Source of the DNA: an uncultured Chloroflexia bacterium
Lineage (GTDB): Bacteria > Chloroflexota > Anaerolineae > B4-G1 > SLSP01
Reading direction: 5' to 3'
DNA: 64,000 bases
Assembly (NCBI GenBank): GCA_963751345.1
Contig: CAVVUS010000022.1
Location: forward strand, 128,001 to 192,000
In this document: positions 8,480 to 22,062 of the stretch, one piece after another
Numbering within the stretch: position 1 is the stretch's first letter
How the letters are laid out: each line of letters opens with the position of its first letter
Program-made: the position numbers and the translations under genes
Notes under the pieces: generated by a model
Told to the model about the DNA's origin: nothing
Databases searched by the model: none
Seen by the model: only the letters and a program-made list of their open reading frames with translations

Positions 8480-10178
8480 CTATAGATAGCCAAGATGGCG
8501 CAGACGGTCGACAACTTCCTCCTCTTCATCACGCCCAAGCACTGCCTTAGCGTGTTCTTCTTGCACCCAACCTTCATCGTCATAGTGACGCACTTCTCGC
8601 GCCCGCCATTCTGCGGCCAAATATGTAGTTAGCACGCTGCCATCGACATGACTGGGTATCGGCAATCCCAGGAGGTGCAGAGCAGTAGGAGTAATGTCCA
8701 TGAGCGATGCAGCCGGTGCGCTGCCCTTGTTGGAGATAAGTCCCTCCCCAGCAGCGACGAGGAGACCATCAAGACGATGGCTACCCGATTCCCCCGTCAG
8801 TGGTGCTGTGAAGACCTCGCCTCGCGCTCTGCTGAACTCATACCCATAGCGAGTTACGTAGGCCAGATTACGCGCATGACCACGGTCAAGTCTGGGGCTC
8901 GATCGGCGAAAGGGCCCGCAAAAAGGTCTTCCCTTGTATACACGGCCGAAACCACGGACTCGTCGTCTGTTGGAGAGCGCCACGCGTGCAAAGCGTCGAT
9001 AATTTCGTCTCGGACACCCTCGTATTCGGCCCCAGGTGAAACAACACCCGATGGCTCTCTTCCACGAACATTGAGATAGATCTGCCCGTAATAGCCGTAG
9101 CTGTCAGCCGAGTCTTCTGCCAATCGATGACCTCGGCCAGGTCACCCCAGGAATCCCGTGGCAACACAGAAATGGCGTCGCCTAGAAAGGGTCTTGAGCG
9201 CATGTTCTTACTCTTCCTAGTCCGATGGCACGCAGAGTTTTGGACACGTTGGACCAGGTGATACCCAAACGGCCCATTCGGGGCGCGGAGACCGTGCGCT
9301 GCGGACCTGTTGCGTGCAAGGAAGCCCTGCTGACTGAGCCACTCGTTCAGAAACACATCCCTGTAGAGCGGACCTGTGCCGTGATCAGACACGACAAACA
9401 CGGTGCAGTTGGGTCCAGCCGCCTCAATGAGACGACCAAGGGATGCATCTAGGCGTTGGTAGCATTCCAGGAGGGCGGTTCCATAGCTTTCAGCAAGGCC
9501 TGGGTCGTGTACCGGATGCGTCTCATCCATATAGGACCAGAATTGGTGAGCGACCTCATCGGAATCACGATACACCACGACAAACAGATCCCATGGCTGC
9601 TCGCCCATCAACTGCAGTGCGCTAGCAGTCAGGTGATCCGATATCTCGTACGTGTCATCCAGGAAGGCCTGTTGTCCGTCCTCACCTTGGCGAAAGACGC
9701 GGCGATTGACGCGATACCCACTCCTCAGGAGATCGTCACCCAGTTCCAGTGGATATGTGAAGGGCTGGTAATTCGGCGTACCGAGACCCGATATCAGAAA
9801 ACCATTCACGGGTTCGGGCGGATATGTCATTGGCACGTTGATCACACCCACCCGCAGCCCCTGATCACTAACCATCCTCCAGAGTGAGCGTCCATGCATC
9901 TGCAAACGGCTCACCGGTCTCAGTTGGTAAGTTGTAGGATCACGTATGACAAAATCGTAGATCCCGTGCTTGCCTGGATTCAGGCCTGTCATAAACGATG
10001 ACCAAGCTGCGGAGGAGAGAACGGGGTAGACCGAACGCAAGGGAGCGTAGCTTCCTTGACGCATCAGTTCGGCCAGCACGGGAAGATGCCCTTGTTGCAC
10101 CCACGGCTCCACCAAGTCAAGCGTTGCGCCATCCCAACCGACAATCAGTACACGTTCTACACGTTGTTTCACGAGCAC
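8480..10178 (-). CDS. Alkaline phosphatase superfamily (type I phosphodiesterase/NPP-like) protein, frameshifted
   Basis: LIVGWDGAT, SSAAWSSFMTGLNPGKHGIYDF, VVSDHG, SGSHRLDG, DITPTALHLLG and C-terminal RLRHLGYL, spread over three ORFs. Confidence 0.85.
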
Positions 10179-10193
10179 GACCCTTTCACAAGT

Positions 10194-11642
10194 CTACCGA
10201 CCTGCCACCTGACGCTGCAGCCAACCTGTAAGAACCCTGCGATCCGCGGTCGAAATCCCGCCGATGGCGATAAAGACGATGATATAAATAGCGCCGCCGA
10301 TTCCCGAGGCGATGACGACGGGCATGCTCTGCAATCTACCGATGACGACCGCCATCAGAGCACCTGCGAGGAACGGGCGCCACATCAGCTTGTGCAACTG
10401 GGGTCGCCAATGCAGCACGAAGCGTCCCAGAACGTAGAAGTTGACGATGAAGTACAGAAGGGAGGACCCAATCCTCGCCAGCGCCGCCCCGGTTGCACCA
10501 TAGCGCGGCGTCAGGAGGAGATTCAGTACCAGATTGACGGACATGCTGCCGGTGAGCATCCAGGTGATCCATTTCTGGCGATGGCAGACAAACATCACGC
10601 GATTACTCGGTACATTGAGGAAGTTGAGCAGCACCAGAACGATCAGGATGCGCAAAACGACGATGCTCTCGGAGAAACCCGAGGCGAAGACCAGCTTCAC
10701 GATGCCCGGGGCCAAGACGATGATCCCGATGACGATGGGGACCGCCAACGCGCTCAGGTAAGAAAGCGACTTGTCATACAGCCTTCTCAAGCGCTCTTCG
10801 GATTCCGCGGCGATCGCAGCCATTGTCGGATAGACGGCGAAACGATACGCTTGCGAGATGATCAGCAACGTAGCGACGACCGTCGTTGCTGCGCTATAGA
10901 TCCCCACCTCGCGCTCGCCGTGCAGGAACGAGAGCAGGATGACGTCAACCTGAAACTCGACTGCCATGAGGAACCCGTTGACGACGAAGGGCCAGACGGC
11001 AGGCAGTTGCTCTTTCACGAACCCGAAGTCCCAGGTGTTCCGGCGCGGCAGTGCACGCACAAGTCGCTGGGAAAAGATCAGCGATAGAGCCGCGCTCACC
11101 ACGCTTGAGGCTAACCACAAGATCGCGACCGCAGCAAGGCTTCCCCGGACGGAGAACATCACCAGACCGCTCATAACGAGCCGGATGAGAGAGAGGCCTA
11201 CCGCGATGCCAGTGGGCAGCGCGAAATGTCTGAGGCCAACCATCACGGCATTGGCCATGCTTCCCAGGCTGTCCGTGACAACACAGGCGCCGGTCATCAG
11301 GATAATCAAGACTGTGGCATCGGGATAGTGAGTACCATACAAGATGAGGAGTGCCAACACACCGTACAATGCGACGTTGGCAAGGAGACGAGCAGCGACG
11401 AACGAGCCGAGATAGCGCCGCGCATCTGCCGGAACCTGGGCCACCTGTCTCATCACATGGTCGTCAAGCCCGCGCGTCAGTACCGAGAAGAAGAGTAGAT
11501 ATGTAAGAGCCAGTTGAAAGACGCCCGCTGGTTCGGGTCCTAACCTTCGCCCAATGAGCACGAACATGAGCGCGTTGGCGGCCCGTGGTGCCACGTTGAG
11601 AAGAAATGAGAGCCCGAAGTTGCGGAACAGTTCAGTAATCAT
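10194..11642 (-). CDS. Wzx/MOP-family polysaccharide flippase
   Basis: Many hydrophobic helices; DVILLS, EVGIYSAA and LNLLLTPRYGATGAALA; glycan-locus context. Confidence 0.9.
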   Translation of the reverse strand: MITELFRNFGLSFLLNVAPRAANALMFVLIGRRLGPEPAGVFQLALTYLLFFSVLTRGLDDHVMRQVAQVPADARRYLGSFVAARLLANVALYGVLALLILYGTHYPDATVLIILMTGACVVTDSLGSMANAVMVGLRHFALPTGIAVGLSLIRLVMSGLVMFSVRGSLAAVAILWLASSVVSAALSLIFSQRLVRALPRRNTWDFGFVKEQLPAVWPFVVNGFLMAVEFQVDVILLSFLHGEREVGIYSAATTVVATLLIISQAYRFAVYPTMAAIAAESEERLRRLYDKSLSYLSALAVPIVIGIIVLAPGIVKLVFASGFSESIVVLRILIVLVLLNFLNVPSNRVMFVCHRQKWITWMLTGSMSVNLVLNLLLTPRYGATGAALARIGSSLLYFIVNFYVLGRFVLHWRPQLHKLMWRPFLAGALMAVVIGRLQSMPVVIASGIGGAIYIIVFIAIGGISTADRRVLTGWLQRQVAGR

Positions 11643-11657
11643 ATGCGTGACCTGTGG

Positions 11658-12582
11658 CTAAGCTTTCCGCGCCACGACCAAGAGCTTCGCACCAACGCCA
11701 AGGGCGTCCGTGATACGCTCTAGCGGGTAGAAGGGAAGGCGCATCCCCGGCATGTCGAAGTAGCCGCGTGAGAAAAGTCCGCAGCGACCGACGAGCGTGC
11801 TGTCTGAGCCACAGGCGCAGGCTGGCCACAGTCGTGTGGTAGCCGCCAAATGCGCAGCGCACTTCCGCGATCGTGAAGCCGGCCTCCTCGAGCATCTTCG
11901 TCAGTACGGAGGCGGTGAAGACGTAGAAGTGCCGGGGTGCGTCGTAGCCTACCCAGTACCGGCCAAAGAGATGACGGTCGAGGCTGGCATAGTTAGGCAC
12001 AGCGATGACGATGATTCCGTTGTCCTCCAGAAGACGGCGGGCGAGACGGATGGCGTGACGAGGGTCGGGAGTGTGCTCGAGAACGTCCCAGAAGGTTATC
12101 GCGACAAAGGTACCGTTTGAGAACGCCACCTGATCGAGCGTGCCCGTCAGAACTCCTTGCCCGAGGCGCCTCCTGGCGTATTCGCCGGCGCCGGCGTTTG
12201 GCTCGACACCATAGATCTCCCAACCTGCGTGCTGCATCTCGGTCAGGAAGATACCCGTTGAGCAGCCGACATCCATCACTGTACCCGGGACTCGCGGACT
12301 GAACGCCTCGACGACGCGCCGGTACTTCCGCGTGTTCCACCTCCTCACCCAGCGCACCAGTCGCCACGGCTCCTCGTCAATGGCTTTCTTATAGGGTAGG
12401 TATGCCTCTGGATAGTAGGATCCGATTTCTGCCGGGGCAGGGCGTTCACGCAGATAGAGCAACCCGCACTCAGAACAACGCACCAAGGGGAACTCACCCT
12501 CAAGATCAAACGCGTAGTCCCTGAGAAGGAGCACCTCGTCGGCGCGGTCACTGCCGCAGAAACTGCAGGTCACGCATTCCAC
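11658..12582 (-). CDS. Class I SAM methyltransferase with N-terminal Zn ribbon, frameshifted near the C-terminus
   Basis: CSFCGS and CSECGL; MDVGCSTG; WDVLEHTPDP; DAPRHFY. The C-terminus continues in ORF 11658-11849. Confidence 0.85.
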
Positions 12583-12584
12583 GC

Positions 12585-13839
12585 CTAGTCACTTCCTCTC
12601 CGGGCAGCAGCGCTAGCCACCGCCGAAACACCGTCAGCCGCACCCTTTGTGCCGGTCGCGCCGTAAGCAGGCGTCTCACCCAGAATCTGCGCATAGAAGG
12701 AAGCCAATTGCCTTGCAAGGGCATCCCATGAGAACTCCGTCTCAGCCAACTGGCGACCACGTTCGCCGAACTCGTATCGCATCTGGCGATCAGCGAGCAG
12801 AGTCAGAACAGCCTGAGCCAGGCTTTCAGCGTCATCGGCAACCACGTGTCCGATCGGGTATTCGGCGAAGAACGAGGCCATATCGCCGACATCGGTAGCC
12901 ACTATAGGCCGTCCGACCGCCATATAGTCATTGAGCTTGAGCGGCCAACGTCCCCGATTCCCCCCACTGTTCTTGAGCGGTAGCCAACACACGTCGCAGG
13001 CAGATAGATAGGTCTCAATGTCGGCGTAAGCTATCCTCCCCGTACGGCATACCGACCTCGGATCCGAGAGCAGGCGCTCAATCGGCGCGTTGAAATAGCC
13101 GGTAACGAGGAGCCGAGCAGTGGGATCTGCCGCGTGGATCAGGTCGAAGGCCTGCGCCATAAGTTCTGCGTCTCGGGAGAAGATGGCCCCAACATAGCCG
13201 ACCAAGTGTATGTCTTGCAGCAGGTCGAGCTGCTTGCGCGCAGCGGAGACCGACAGTGGGTGCATCCTTGTCACATCGCTGCCGTTACGGAGTAACAACA
13301 TGGTGTCGGACGACACGCCCAACGCTAGTGCCTTGTCACGCAGGACTGTGTTGATCACCGTCGTGCCCTGCGCACGACAGCGGAAGCGCTCCTCGAAGAA
13401 CGTCTCAATGGGTCGCAGCAGTGCACGGACCACAGGATTGGTACGCTCCTCTACGGAACCGCCCCGCCCGAACCAGTCCGACCAATCCATGACGAGCTTA
13501 GCCCTGCAGTGTCGCTGTGCATAGAGCGCGGGCCAGATAACCACTGGTCGGCTCTCAAATGCGTGCACGATGTCGAAGTGCCGATTGCGCATCCATCGGG
13601 TTCGGACCAACACGTCCCATGGGTCCCAACCGGACCGCAGCGATCCAGGTAGGAGATCCGGACATGGCGACGACGGCTACACCAGCGTCTTCGGAGACGC
13701 TTACGTGCAATCGCTGGTCGCGGGACATCGCGAGGAGCGTCACGGGGTGACCTTGCTTCACCAGACTGCGCGCCAGATTCAGCGCGCGCCAGTAGGTGCC
13801 ACGCCCCACCTGATTGTACAGCACCATCAGAATACGCAT
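12585..13839 (-). CDS. Glycosyltransferase family 4, frameshifted
   Basis: N-terminus MRILMV in ORF 13555-13839 joins PLKLNDYMAVGRPIVATDVGD and FSWD in ORF 12585-13613. Confidence 0.85.
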
Positions 13840-13845
13840 AGGGCC

Positions 13846-14805
13846 CTACACACTCTGCGGCGAACCCCGCAGGCCATCGTAGAGCCCCCGGAGGTAGGAT
13901 GTCGCTGCATTGTACCGGCGGCGCCAGAGCAGCCGTGCGACGGTCTTCACGGCGCTGCCGGCCCTGTAAGGAGCAACGACCAGCCAACGCCATCCACGAA
14001 CGTATTTCCGGAAGAATCGTATGCTATGCCGTGCCATCAGGTAGCGTTCACGAGGCGAATCCGACCCGCCGGCGCTGGCGGAGACCTCATGCCACATCTT
14101 GGCAGCCGGCACAAGCAGCAGCTTGTAGCCTGCCCTCCGCGTGCGGAGGCACAGGTCCACGTCCTCGTAGTAGATCGGGTAGAAATCCTCATCGAACATA
14201 CCGACGGTCTCCAGCATCGACCGACGCATCAGGATAGCACATCCCACGAGATAATCTCGTTCCAGCACCTCCTCCCACTGACCTCGATCGACCTCGTCGT
14301 CCCCCTTGTCAGTCATCTCGTACGTCCACGGATGACAGTTTCCGCCCACCGACCAGATCCTCGTCGGCTCATCGGCGTAGTAGATCTTGGGGGCAAGCAT
14401 CCCTACGTTCTCACGCTGCGAATGCACCATCAGAGCGTCGAGCATATCCGGGGCGACGTGCGTGTCATTGTTGATGATCAGCACGAACGCCGCGCCTCTT
14501 TCGAGCGCGGAGCAGATCCCGACGTTGAACCCGCCTCCGAACCCCAGGTTTTCGGCGTTTGCGATCGTCTCTGCCTCGGGGAACTCCTGGGCAGTGGCAG
14601 AGAGCGTGCCGTCTGACGAACCGTTGTCGACCACCAGAATCCGGTAACGTGGATATGTCATCCCGCTCAGGGACTCGAGACACTTCAACGTATCCGCCTT
14701 CTGATTCCACGTCAACGTAACAACATAGACCAACGGCGGCTGCCCCTCGGATTTCACGGCATTCGGCCCCCGTATTGGGGATTCCGGCGGCCGAACGCGG
14801 AGCAC
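13846..14805 (-). CDS. Glycosyltransferase family 2 (start may be GTG at 14757)
   Basis: VVDNGSSDG, NLGFGGGFNVGI, INND, FDEDFY and YYEDVDLCLR. Confidence 0.9.
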   Translation of the reverse strand: MLRVRPPESPIRGPNAVKSEGQPPLVYVVTLTWNQKADTLKCLESLSGMTYPRYRILVVDNGSSDGTLSATAQEFPEAETIANAENLGFGGGFNVGICSALERGAAFVLIINNDTHVAPDMLDALMVHSQRENVGMLAPKIYYADEPTRIWSVGGNCHPWTYEMTDKGDDEVDRGQWEEVLERDYLVGCAILMRRSMLETVGMFDEDFYPIYYEDVDLCLRTRRAGYKLLLVPAAKMWHEVSASAGGSDSPRERYLMARHSIRFFRKYVRGWRWLVVAPYRAGSAVKTVARLLWRRRYNAATSYLRGLYDGLRGSPQSV

Positions 14806-14821
14806 GTCGTGGCGACCTCGA

Positions 14822-16491
14822 TCATAGGTATCCCAAATCCTGCAGACGCTTCACAATCTGCTGTTCCTGGTCGGGTGAGTAGTGGTCCTCGCCCGAGGCT
14901 TCGTAATCAGCGGACTCGGTGGTTTCGGTAGCGCTCCCAGCAGCACCAGCGGACGAGGCCCCTAGCAGCGATCTGCCGTCCAGGGTTACGGGCAGCGATC
15001 GACCAAGCACCCGGAGGATTGTGGGAGCAAGATCCACGATCCTCGCATCGCTGAACTCCGTAGAGGGTTCGACGCCGGGCCCCCGCCATGATCAGGGTGC
15101 CTTCGGGACGGTGGGTGCCCGTAAGAGGAAGGGCACTGAAGTCAAGCGACTGCATCTCCTCAAAGACAGGTGCATTGGCGATATCATACCTCCCACGACC
15201 CCAATACCGGTAGTCCCGCCACTCGATGACGAGGTCAGGCGCCTGGTCAACATAGGGACCGGTATAGATCTCCTCACGACGCCACACCCGTCTGACGATC
15301 TCGTCACCTGTCTCCGGATCTCTCATCCCGCTCAGGGCATCAGCGACCTCGGCGCGGACCCGCTCGTATTCCCGTCCCCACGTCACCTTTCCTGCAGGCT
15401 CTCGCTCTTTTACGTTCAGGTATACGTTTCCTCCAGCTCCGAGGGCATACGCCGTAGTCTGGGACCACTCAACGCCAGATGAGAAAAGCGTGGATTCCAG
15501 TCCCCCCTTCAACTGATCGAAGCGCTCCGGCCCTAATCGCTTGCGAATCGCATTCCGAAGGCCAGCCGGGACCGACTGACGATAGGCGCTGGCCAGCGAC
15601 TTGAGCAGGTGCACCCGGGCTCGGTCAACGGGCCGCGCCCGTGACTCGCGGAAACTTAGGTAGCCGGCGTCGGCAAGCCAACGGTTGATGTTCACCATCC
15701 GATGGAGCGAGCCAGCGCCATGATCTGACATGACGATCACGACCGTATCGTCGTCAATCGTAGCCAGGAGATCCCCAAGTGCACAGTCCACCTCCTGGTA
15801 GATGTCGGCAACTGCGGTCCGATAGGGCCCTGCCTGGGTTTCCATATCACGCCAGAACGAATGCTGCACGAGGTCAGTCGCCATGAAAACCACGACAAAC
15901 AGATCCCACACTTCGCTCTTCAGTAGATGAAGCGAAAGGCGACGGCGATAGTCCACGCCACGTTTCAAATCTTCAATGTACTTCATCAAGGGATCGGTCG
16001 CGTGAGGATCATAATCCGGCGTGATGAAGTACCCCTCCACTTGCTTGAAGAGGGGCTGCGCCAGGCCCGGAGGATAGACGATGTGCTCGTCGACCGTAGG
16101 CGCGAAAAGCCCACTAACCACGATCCCGTTGATGGTGGGCGTAGGGTAGGTGTACGGCACATTCAGAGCGATGGTACGACCGCCAGACTGCCCTAGCATG
16201 TCAAAAAGCGCAGGAGCAGCGATCATCGACGTGTTTGTCACCTCCAGCTTATAGGTCCCCGGGCGCCGCCGGACGAAATCGTACAGGCCGTGCTTCCCCT
16301 GGTTGACACCAGTCATGAAGGTTGAAAAGGCTGGCGCGGTGACCGGCTGGAGTGTAGATCGGCAGGCGCCCATAGGCTCCCTCACGCATTAGAGAGGCCA
16401 GATTTGGGAGACGTCCCTGATCAGCCCAAGGAACGATCAGATCGAGGGTTCCCCCATCCAATCCGATGACCAGAACTTTTCTGTTCGCCAT
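14822..16491 (-). CDS. Second alkaline phosphatase superfamily (NPP-like) protein, frameshifted
   Basis: VLVIGLDGGT, TAPAFSTFMTGVNQGKHGLYDF, MSDHG, TGTHRPEG, DLAPTIL and RLQDLGYL. Confidence 0.85.
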
Positions 16492-16504
16492 CAGTCCGTC
16501 GCAC

Positions 16505-17495
16505 CTACCATCCCGAAGGCAACCCAAACGGGATTTCGATATCGGCAAAGCTCCTGACCTCCTGGTCCCCGGCTTGCTTCGCCCAGCCGGCCATCTTGGC
16601 GATGCCCACGCTCAAAGGCGTCGGAGGGGGAGGGTTGAAGTACGACCGTGCTTTGCTGTGGGATGCAACTGCGTGTCGGACTTCCTTTCGGGCAGGCAGA
16701 TGAACAACCTCTGACTGAGTGCCCATGGCTGGGCTGACCGCCGCAGCCAACTCGTTGATCGTATGCGCTTGGTCCCCACCGATGTTGAATGCCTCGCCGT
16801 AGGCTGCCGGATGTCTCACCGATTTAGCGATCACGGGAGCGACATCGTCGATATACGAAAAGGCTCGCGTCTGATCGCCGTCGCCGAAGATGGTAAGTGG
16901 CTTGTCCCGCATGATTTGGCCCATGAAGATCCCGATCACGTTGCGATATTTGTCCCAGATATTCTGGTGCTCCCCATAGACATTGTGAGGGCGGAAGACG
17001 ATGTAATCCAGCCCGAACTGACGGTGCGCAGCGGCCAGATCCAGCTCAACTGCATACTTGGAGATTCCATATGGATCCTCGGGATGCGGCGTGAGGTCCT
17101 CTACCATCGGGAGCTGACCGGCGCCATAGACGGCGATGGAAGACGTGAAGACGAAACACTTGACGTCAAAGAGCACGCTGAGGTTGATCAGATTGATCGA
17201 ACCCAGCAAGTTAAGCGGCGGCGTAATTATAGCTCCTTATGAAGTGGCTCAATCCCTCTGCGGCATACGCAGCCAGATGAAAGACGTAGTCAAATCGGTG
17301 CGCGGCAAAGAGCGCCTGAAGCGCATCGTAGTCGTTCACAGAGGCCCGGACGAACTTAACGCCATCTGGCACGTTCTCTGCATAGCCACCACTCAGGTCA
17401 TCGAGTGCAACGACGGATGTACCGTCGTCGCGCAGATGGCGAGCTACGCGCGAGCCGACGAAGCCAGCTGCTCCGGTCACCAACGCCTTATCCAC
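16505..17495 (-). CDS. NAD-dependent nucleotide-sugar epimerase/dehydratase (GalE-like), frameshifted near 17210
   Basis: ALVTGAAGFVGS, FHLAAYAAEGLSHF, TSSIAVYG, YGISK and GDGDQTRAFSYIDDV. Confidence 0.88.
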
Positions 17496-18672
17496 GCAAC
17501 ACCTCCACTTCACTCATCTGCGGGATCGTCAAGATCTCCTGTGCTTCCCAGAGTCCTTCCAGTGCGGCCACGAGACGCCTCCATGAGAATGCTTCTGACA
17601 GCCTACCCATCTCGCACGCGTCCGGCGGCGCCGATTGGCCCGCAAAGAAGGCAACTACTGCATTAGCTATCGCGTGGGATTCGTTCGGCGGCACAACCAT
17701 TGTAGGTGTTCGGGAAATCAATCCCACGGAACTGTTCTCCCAGCGTCGTGACCAATGGGACACCGAAGCCAATTGCGGTCTGGACAACACCACTCCCCGT
17801 CGCCCTCCGATGTGGCGCTACCACAAGGTCTGCAGCCACAAAGTACGAGGGAACTTCCTCGTTGGGGACATAACGATCATCTATCCTAACATTGTCTTCA
17901 ATGCCAAGCTCATAGATTCTGAGATCATACTGTTCTCGAGGCTCCCAGACTCACCGGCAACCATCAGTCGGACATCTCCCAGACGGTCCCGGATTGCGGG
18001 CACGGCCTCTAGTAGGTCCATTAGCCCTTTGTACTCTCGAACAATGCCAAAAAACAGAAGCACGGGGACATCCATTGACAGACCGAGTCGCCGACGGGCC
18101 TGTTCCTTGGAAGGTAGCTCGGAACAGAACATATCAAATACAGGTGTGGGAACCACAACGGGACTGGCCCGAGAGAGCAAGTCGTGAAGATGAGTGCGTT
18201 CCGCGTCTGATTGCACAATGTGGCCCGTTCCAGTACTCAGCACCAACCGGGCCATCAATTGGTCCCACCATCTCGCTTCATGAGGGAGAACATTGTGGCA
18301 AAGATAGATCAGTGGCACGCGAAGTAGCACGCGCAGCAGCACGGAAAGAGTCAACCAAGCAGGCGACAGGAATGTAGTCCACCAAGAAAGAACGACCAGA
18401 TCCGGCTTGCTGCGTCGGATCCAGGCTGCTGTCGTCAGCCACGAGACTGGGTTCAGTGAGCTGATGCTATAGTGCACATTCTCGGTGCGAAGTGGCTGCT
18501 TGCTCGGGTCCTGATCGCTTTCGCCCGGGAAGAGCCAGCCAGGGTAGAGATTCTTGAACGAGACCAATACCGCGTCATGTCCGTGGCTTGTAAGCGTGCG
18601 GTGCAGCATCGTGGTATAGTGAGCAGTCCCACCACGAAAAGGATACGTTGGGCCAATGAGCACGATCTTCAT
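17488..18672 (-). CDS. Glycosyltransferase family 4, frameshifted
   Basis: IGPTYPFRGG, CHNVLPHE and LLFFGIVREYKGL; the C-terminal FSW lies in ORF 17488-17793. Confidence 0.85.
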
Positions 18673-18673
18673 A

Positions 18674-19624
18674 TCAGGGACGGCTGTCTAGCTCAAGCCT
18701 TCTGATCCGATACAGCACCTCCTCCAGGATCTTGCGGTTGAACCCAATCAGATCGGCCACCAAACCGATAAGGCAGCTCTGGAACCCGGCAATGAGCAGG
18801 ATCGCCGTTAGGATAAGGGACTGGACCTTGCCCCCTCCCTGTCCCTGGAAGTAAAACCAGACAAATCGCCCCCCCAGCAACACGCCCCCAAGAATCATGA
18901 TGAATCCGATGAACAGGAACACGCGAAGCGGTCGGTACATCGCGTATGTACGGAGGATGGTTGTAGCCGAGTTCATCAGATAGTCGGGGATGTTGCGCAT
19001 CAACCGCGAGTGCCGCGTTTGGGGATTCACCTCGACCGGTACGTACTGAACCGCCAAACGATGCGCGCCGGCCTGGATCAACGACTCCAGCGTATACGAG
19101 TATTGGCTCAAGATGATCGTCCGCAGCGCGGCCTCACGACTCAGCGCCCGGAAACCACTTGTGGCATCCGGTGTATCGACCCCGGACGCCTGCTTGACGA
19201 CCCAACTCCCGAGCCTCTGCAGACGGCGTTTGACCGGTGAGAAATCAGCGACCCCCATCACTCCGCGATCGCCGACGACCATATCGGCGGCGCCCGCAAG
19301 CAGAGGTCGCACCAGCCGGGGTATATCCGCCCCCCGGTACTGGTTGTCGCCATCGGTATTGACGACGATATCCGCTCCCAATGCCAGCGAAGCCTCCAGA
19401 CCCTTCACGAATGCCGTAGCCAGGCCCATATTGCGGGTCAATTGGGCGATGTGAGCCACGCCCAGTTCGCGGGCCACTGCAACGGTTCGATCGGTGCTCC
19501 CGTCATCGATCACCAAGACCTCAATCTGGTCGACGCCATCAATGTGCGCCGGCAGATCGGCCACGGTCTGTGGCAGCGTATGTTCTTCGTTGTAGCAGGG
19601 TATTTGTATGACGAGCTTGGTCAT
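18674..19624 (-). CDS. GT2 polyprenol-phosphate glycosyltransferase-like protein with two C-terminal TM helices
   Basis: [32 protein letters not shown] and a hydrophobic C-terminus. Confidence 0.9.
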   Translation of the reverse strand: MTKLVIQIPCYNEEHTLPQTVADLPAHIDGVDQIEVLVIDDGSTDRTVAVARELGVAHIAQLTRNMGLATAFVKGLEASLALGADIVVNTDGDNQYRGADIPRLVRPLLAGAADMVVGDRGVMGVADFSPVKRRLQRLGSWVVKQASGVDTPDATSGFRALSREAALRTIILSQYSYTLESLIQAGAHRLAVQYVPVEVNPQTRHSRLMRNIPDYLMNSATTILRTYAMYRPLRVFLFIGFIMILGGVLLGGRFVWFYFQGQGGGKVQSLILTAILLIAGFQSCLIGLVADLIGFNRKILEEVLYRIRRLELDSRP

Positions 19625-19643
19625 AGTGTGCGTCGCAGGAACT

Positions 19644-20339
19644 CTAATCCGCCGTTCGATGTTCCACCCCATCCGGGTGGCCAACGACAACGTCCGATAC
19701 CAACCCCAACATCAGCCCGTGGGCCATAATCCCCGCGCGATCATTGAGCGCGCGCGCCAGGGCGCCAGGGTCCTCGATCGGTCCGAAGTTGCTGTCGAGG
19801 ATCAGATTGCCCTGGTCCGTCAGAAAGCGCGAACCGTCGTCCTTCTGCCGCACCTTGACCTCGGCGCCGAGCGAGACGAGATACGCCGCCTCAGCACGCC
19901 AACCGAAGGGCACGACCTCGACCGGCACCGCCCAGTGCGTGCCCAGCGCCGGGGACAGCTTGCTCTCGTCCACGACGATGATCTCACGCCGCGTGGCCTG
20001 TGCCACAATCTTCTCGCGCAGCAGCGCCCCCCCGCCTCCCTTGATCACGTTGAGCGCAGGGTCCACCTCATCCGCCCCATCGATGGTCACGTCCACGACG
20101 GGATGAGCATCCAGCGTCGTCAGGGGTATGCCCAGCGTCTGCGCAGCGTGTTCCACCTGAATCGAGCAAGGCACGCCGAGGATATCGCGCAGCGCGCCGG
20201 ACTTCAACAGATCCGCAATCTTGCGGAGGGCAAAGATCGCCGTCGTCCCGTGCCCCAAGCCCACAATCATGCCGGACTTGACAAATCGTACCGCGAACTC
20301 GCCGGCTTCCTGCTTCTGCGCTTGTGGTGTCTTCGTCAT
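19644..20339 (-). CDS. rpiA: Ribose-5-phosphate isomerase A
   Basis: [30 protein letters not shown] and TDQGNLILD. Confidence 0.97.
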   Translation of the reverse strand: MTKTPQAQKQEAGEFAVRFVKSGMIVGLGHGTTAIFALRKIADLLKSGALRDILGVPCSIQVEHAAQTLGIPLTTLDAHPVVDVTIDGADEVDPALNVIKGGGGALLREKIVAQATRREIIVVDESKLSPALGTHWAVPVEVVPFGWRAEAAYLVSLGAEVKVRQKDDGSRFLTDQGNLILDSNFGPIEDPGALARALNDRAGIMAHGLMLGLVSDVVVGHPDGVEHRTAD

Positions 20340-20988
20340 TCAGGGAGTCGCTCCGCCTTCCGATGAAAGAGCCGCTCGCGCAGTCCGGAGATCGCCACAC
20401 GGAGCGGCGGAATCCTCAAGGCCAGGAGCACGCCCAAAATGACCGGATACCGCCAGGCCTCCCACGGATCCTTCTTGACCCAGAGCACATGCCATACAGC
20501 CATCGCGCCGACAACGTAGACGAGGCGCTGAACCCAGGGCCAAGACCGACCCATGCTATCCCGAAGCCCAGGAACTGAGGTTACCCCAAGTACCAACAAA
20601 AGCAAGAACGCGACCGCCCCTACGATGACAAAGGGCTGTTGAGCAAGGCCGATCCAGAGCAACGGCAGGTCGAAGCGATAGTCCAATCCCGCGAAGGTGA
20701 GGAAGTGCGCACCTGCAAAGGCCAGAGCCCACAGCCCCAAAGGGCGCCTCGCCGGCAGAATACCTACGGTAGCCCGTGACAACGGCGACGGGCGTACAAG
20801 CGAGGGAAAGCAGAAGGAAGGCGATCGCCAGCCGACCTGTGCGGATGGTGATCTCTTTCACTGGGTCGATCAGGAACCCGCCTGAGGCATAGGTCCAGAC
20901 GAGTGCCACGACTGCCAATGCTGCACTCACGTGTGCCGCAACGGGTGGCCAATGGGCTCGGAACCACGCGACGTTGGTTTCTCGCCAC
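20336..20988 (-). CDS. msrQ: Heme-binding membrane subunit of protein-methionine sulfoxide reductase, frameshifted
   Basis: TGRLA..LLLSLACTP, RRPLGLWA...H, LGVTS and LVYV....VWH; lies downstream of msrP. Confidence 0.85.
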
Positions 20989-20993
20989 GTTCT

Positions 20994-21968
<975 letters not shown>

Positions 21969-22062
21969 CTACCTCCTCATAGTCCAACGGTATGAAGTGC
22001 CGGATGCCCGAATCAGGCGATGGCACAGTAACGGCTATACGATTCCCCATTCACCAATGTGC

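Noticed and set aside
6791-20988. Programmed frameshifting or phase variation in surface genes
   Set aside because: The breaks are numerous, show no consistent slippery or SSR motif, and also hit unrelated metabolic genes.
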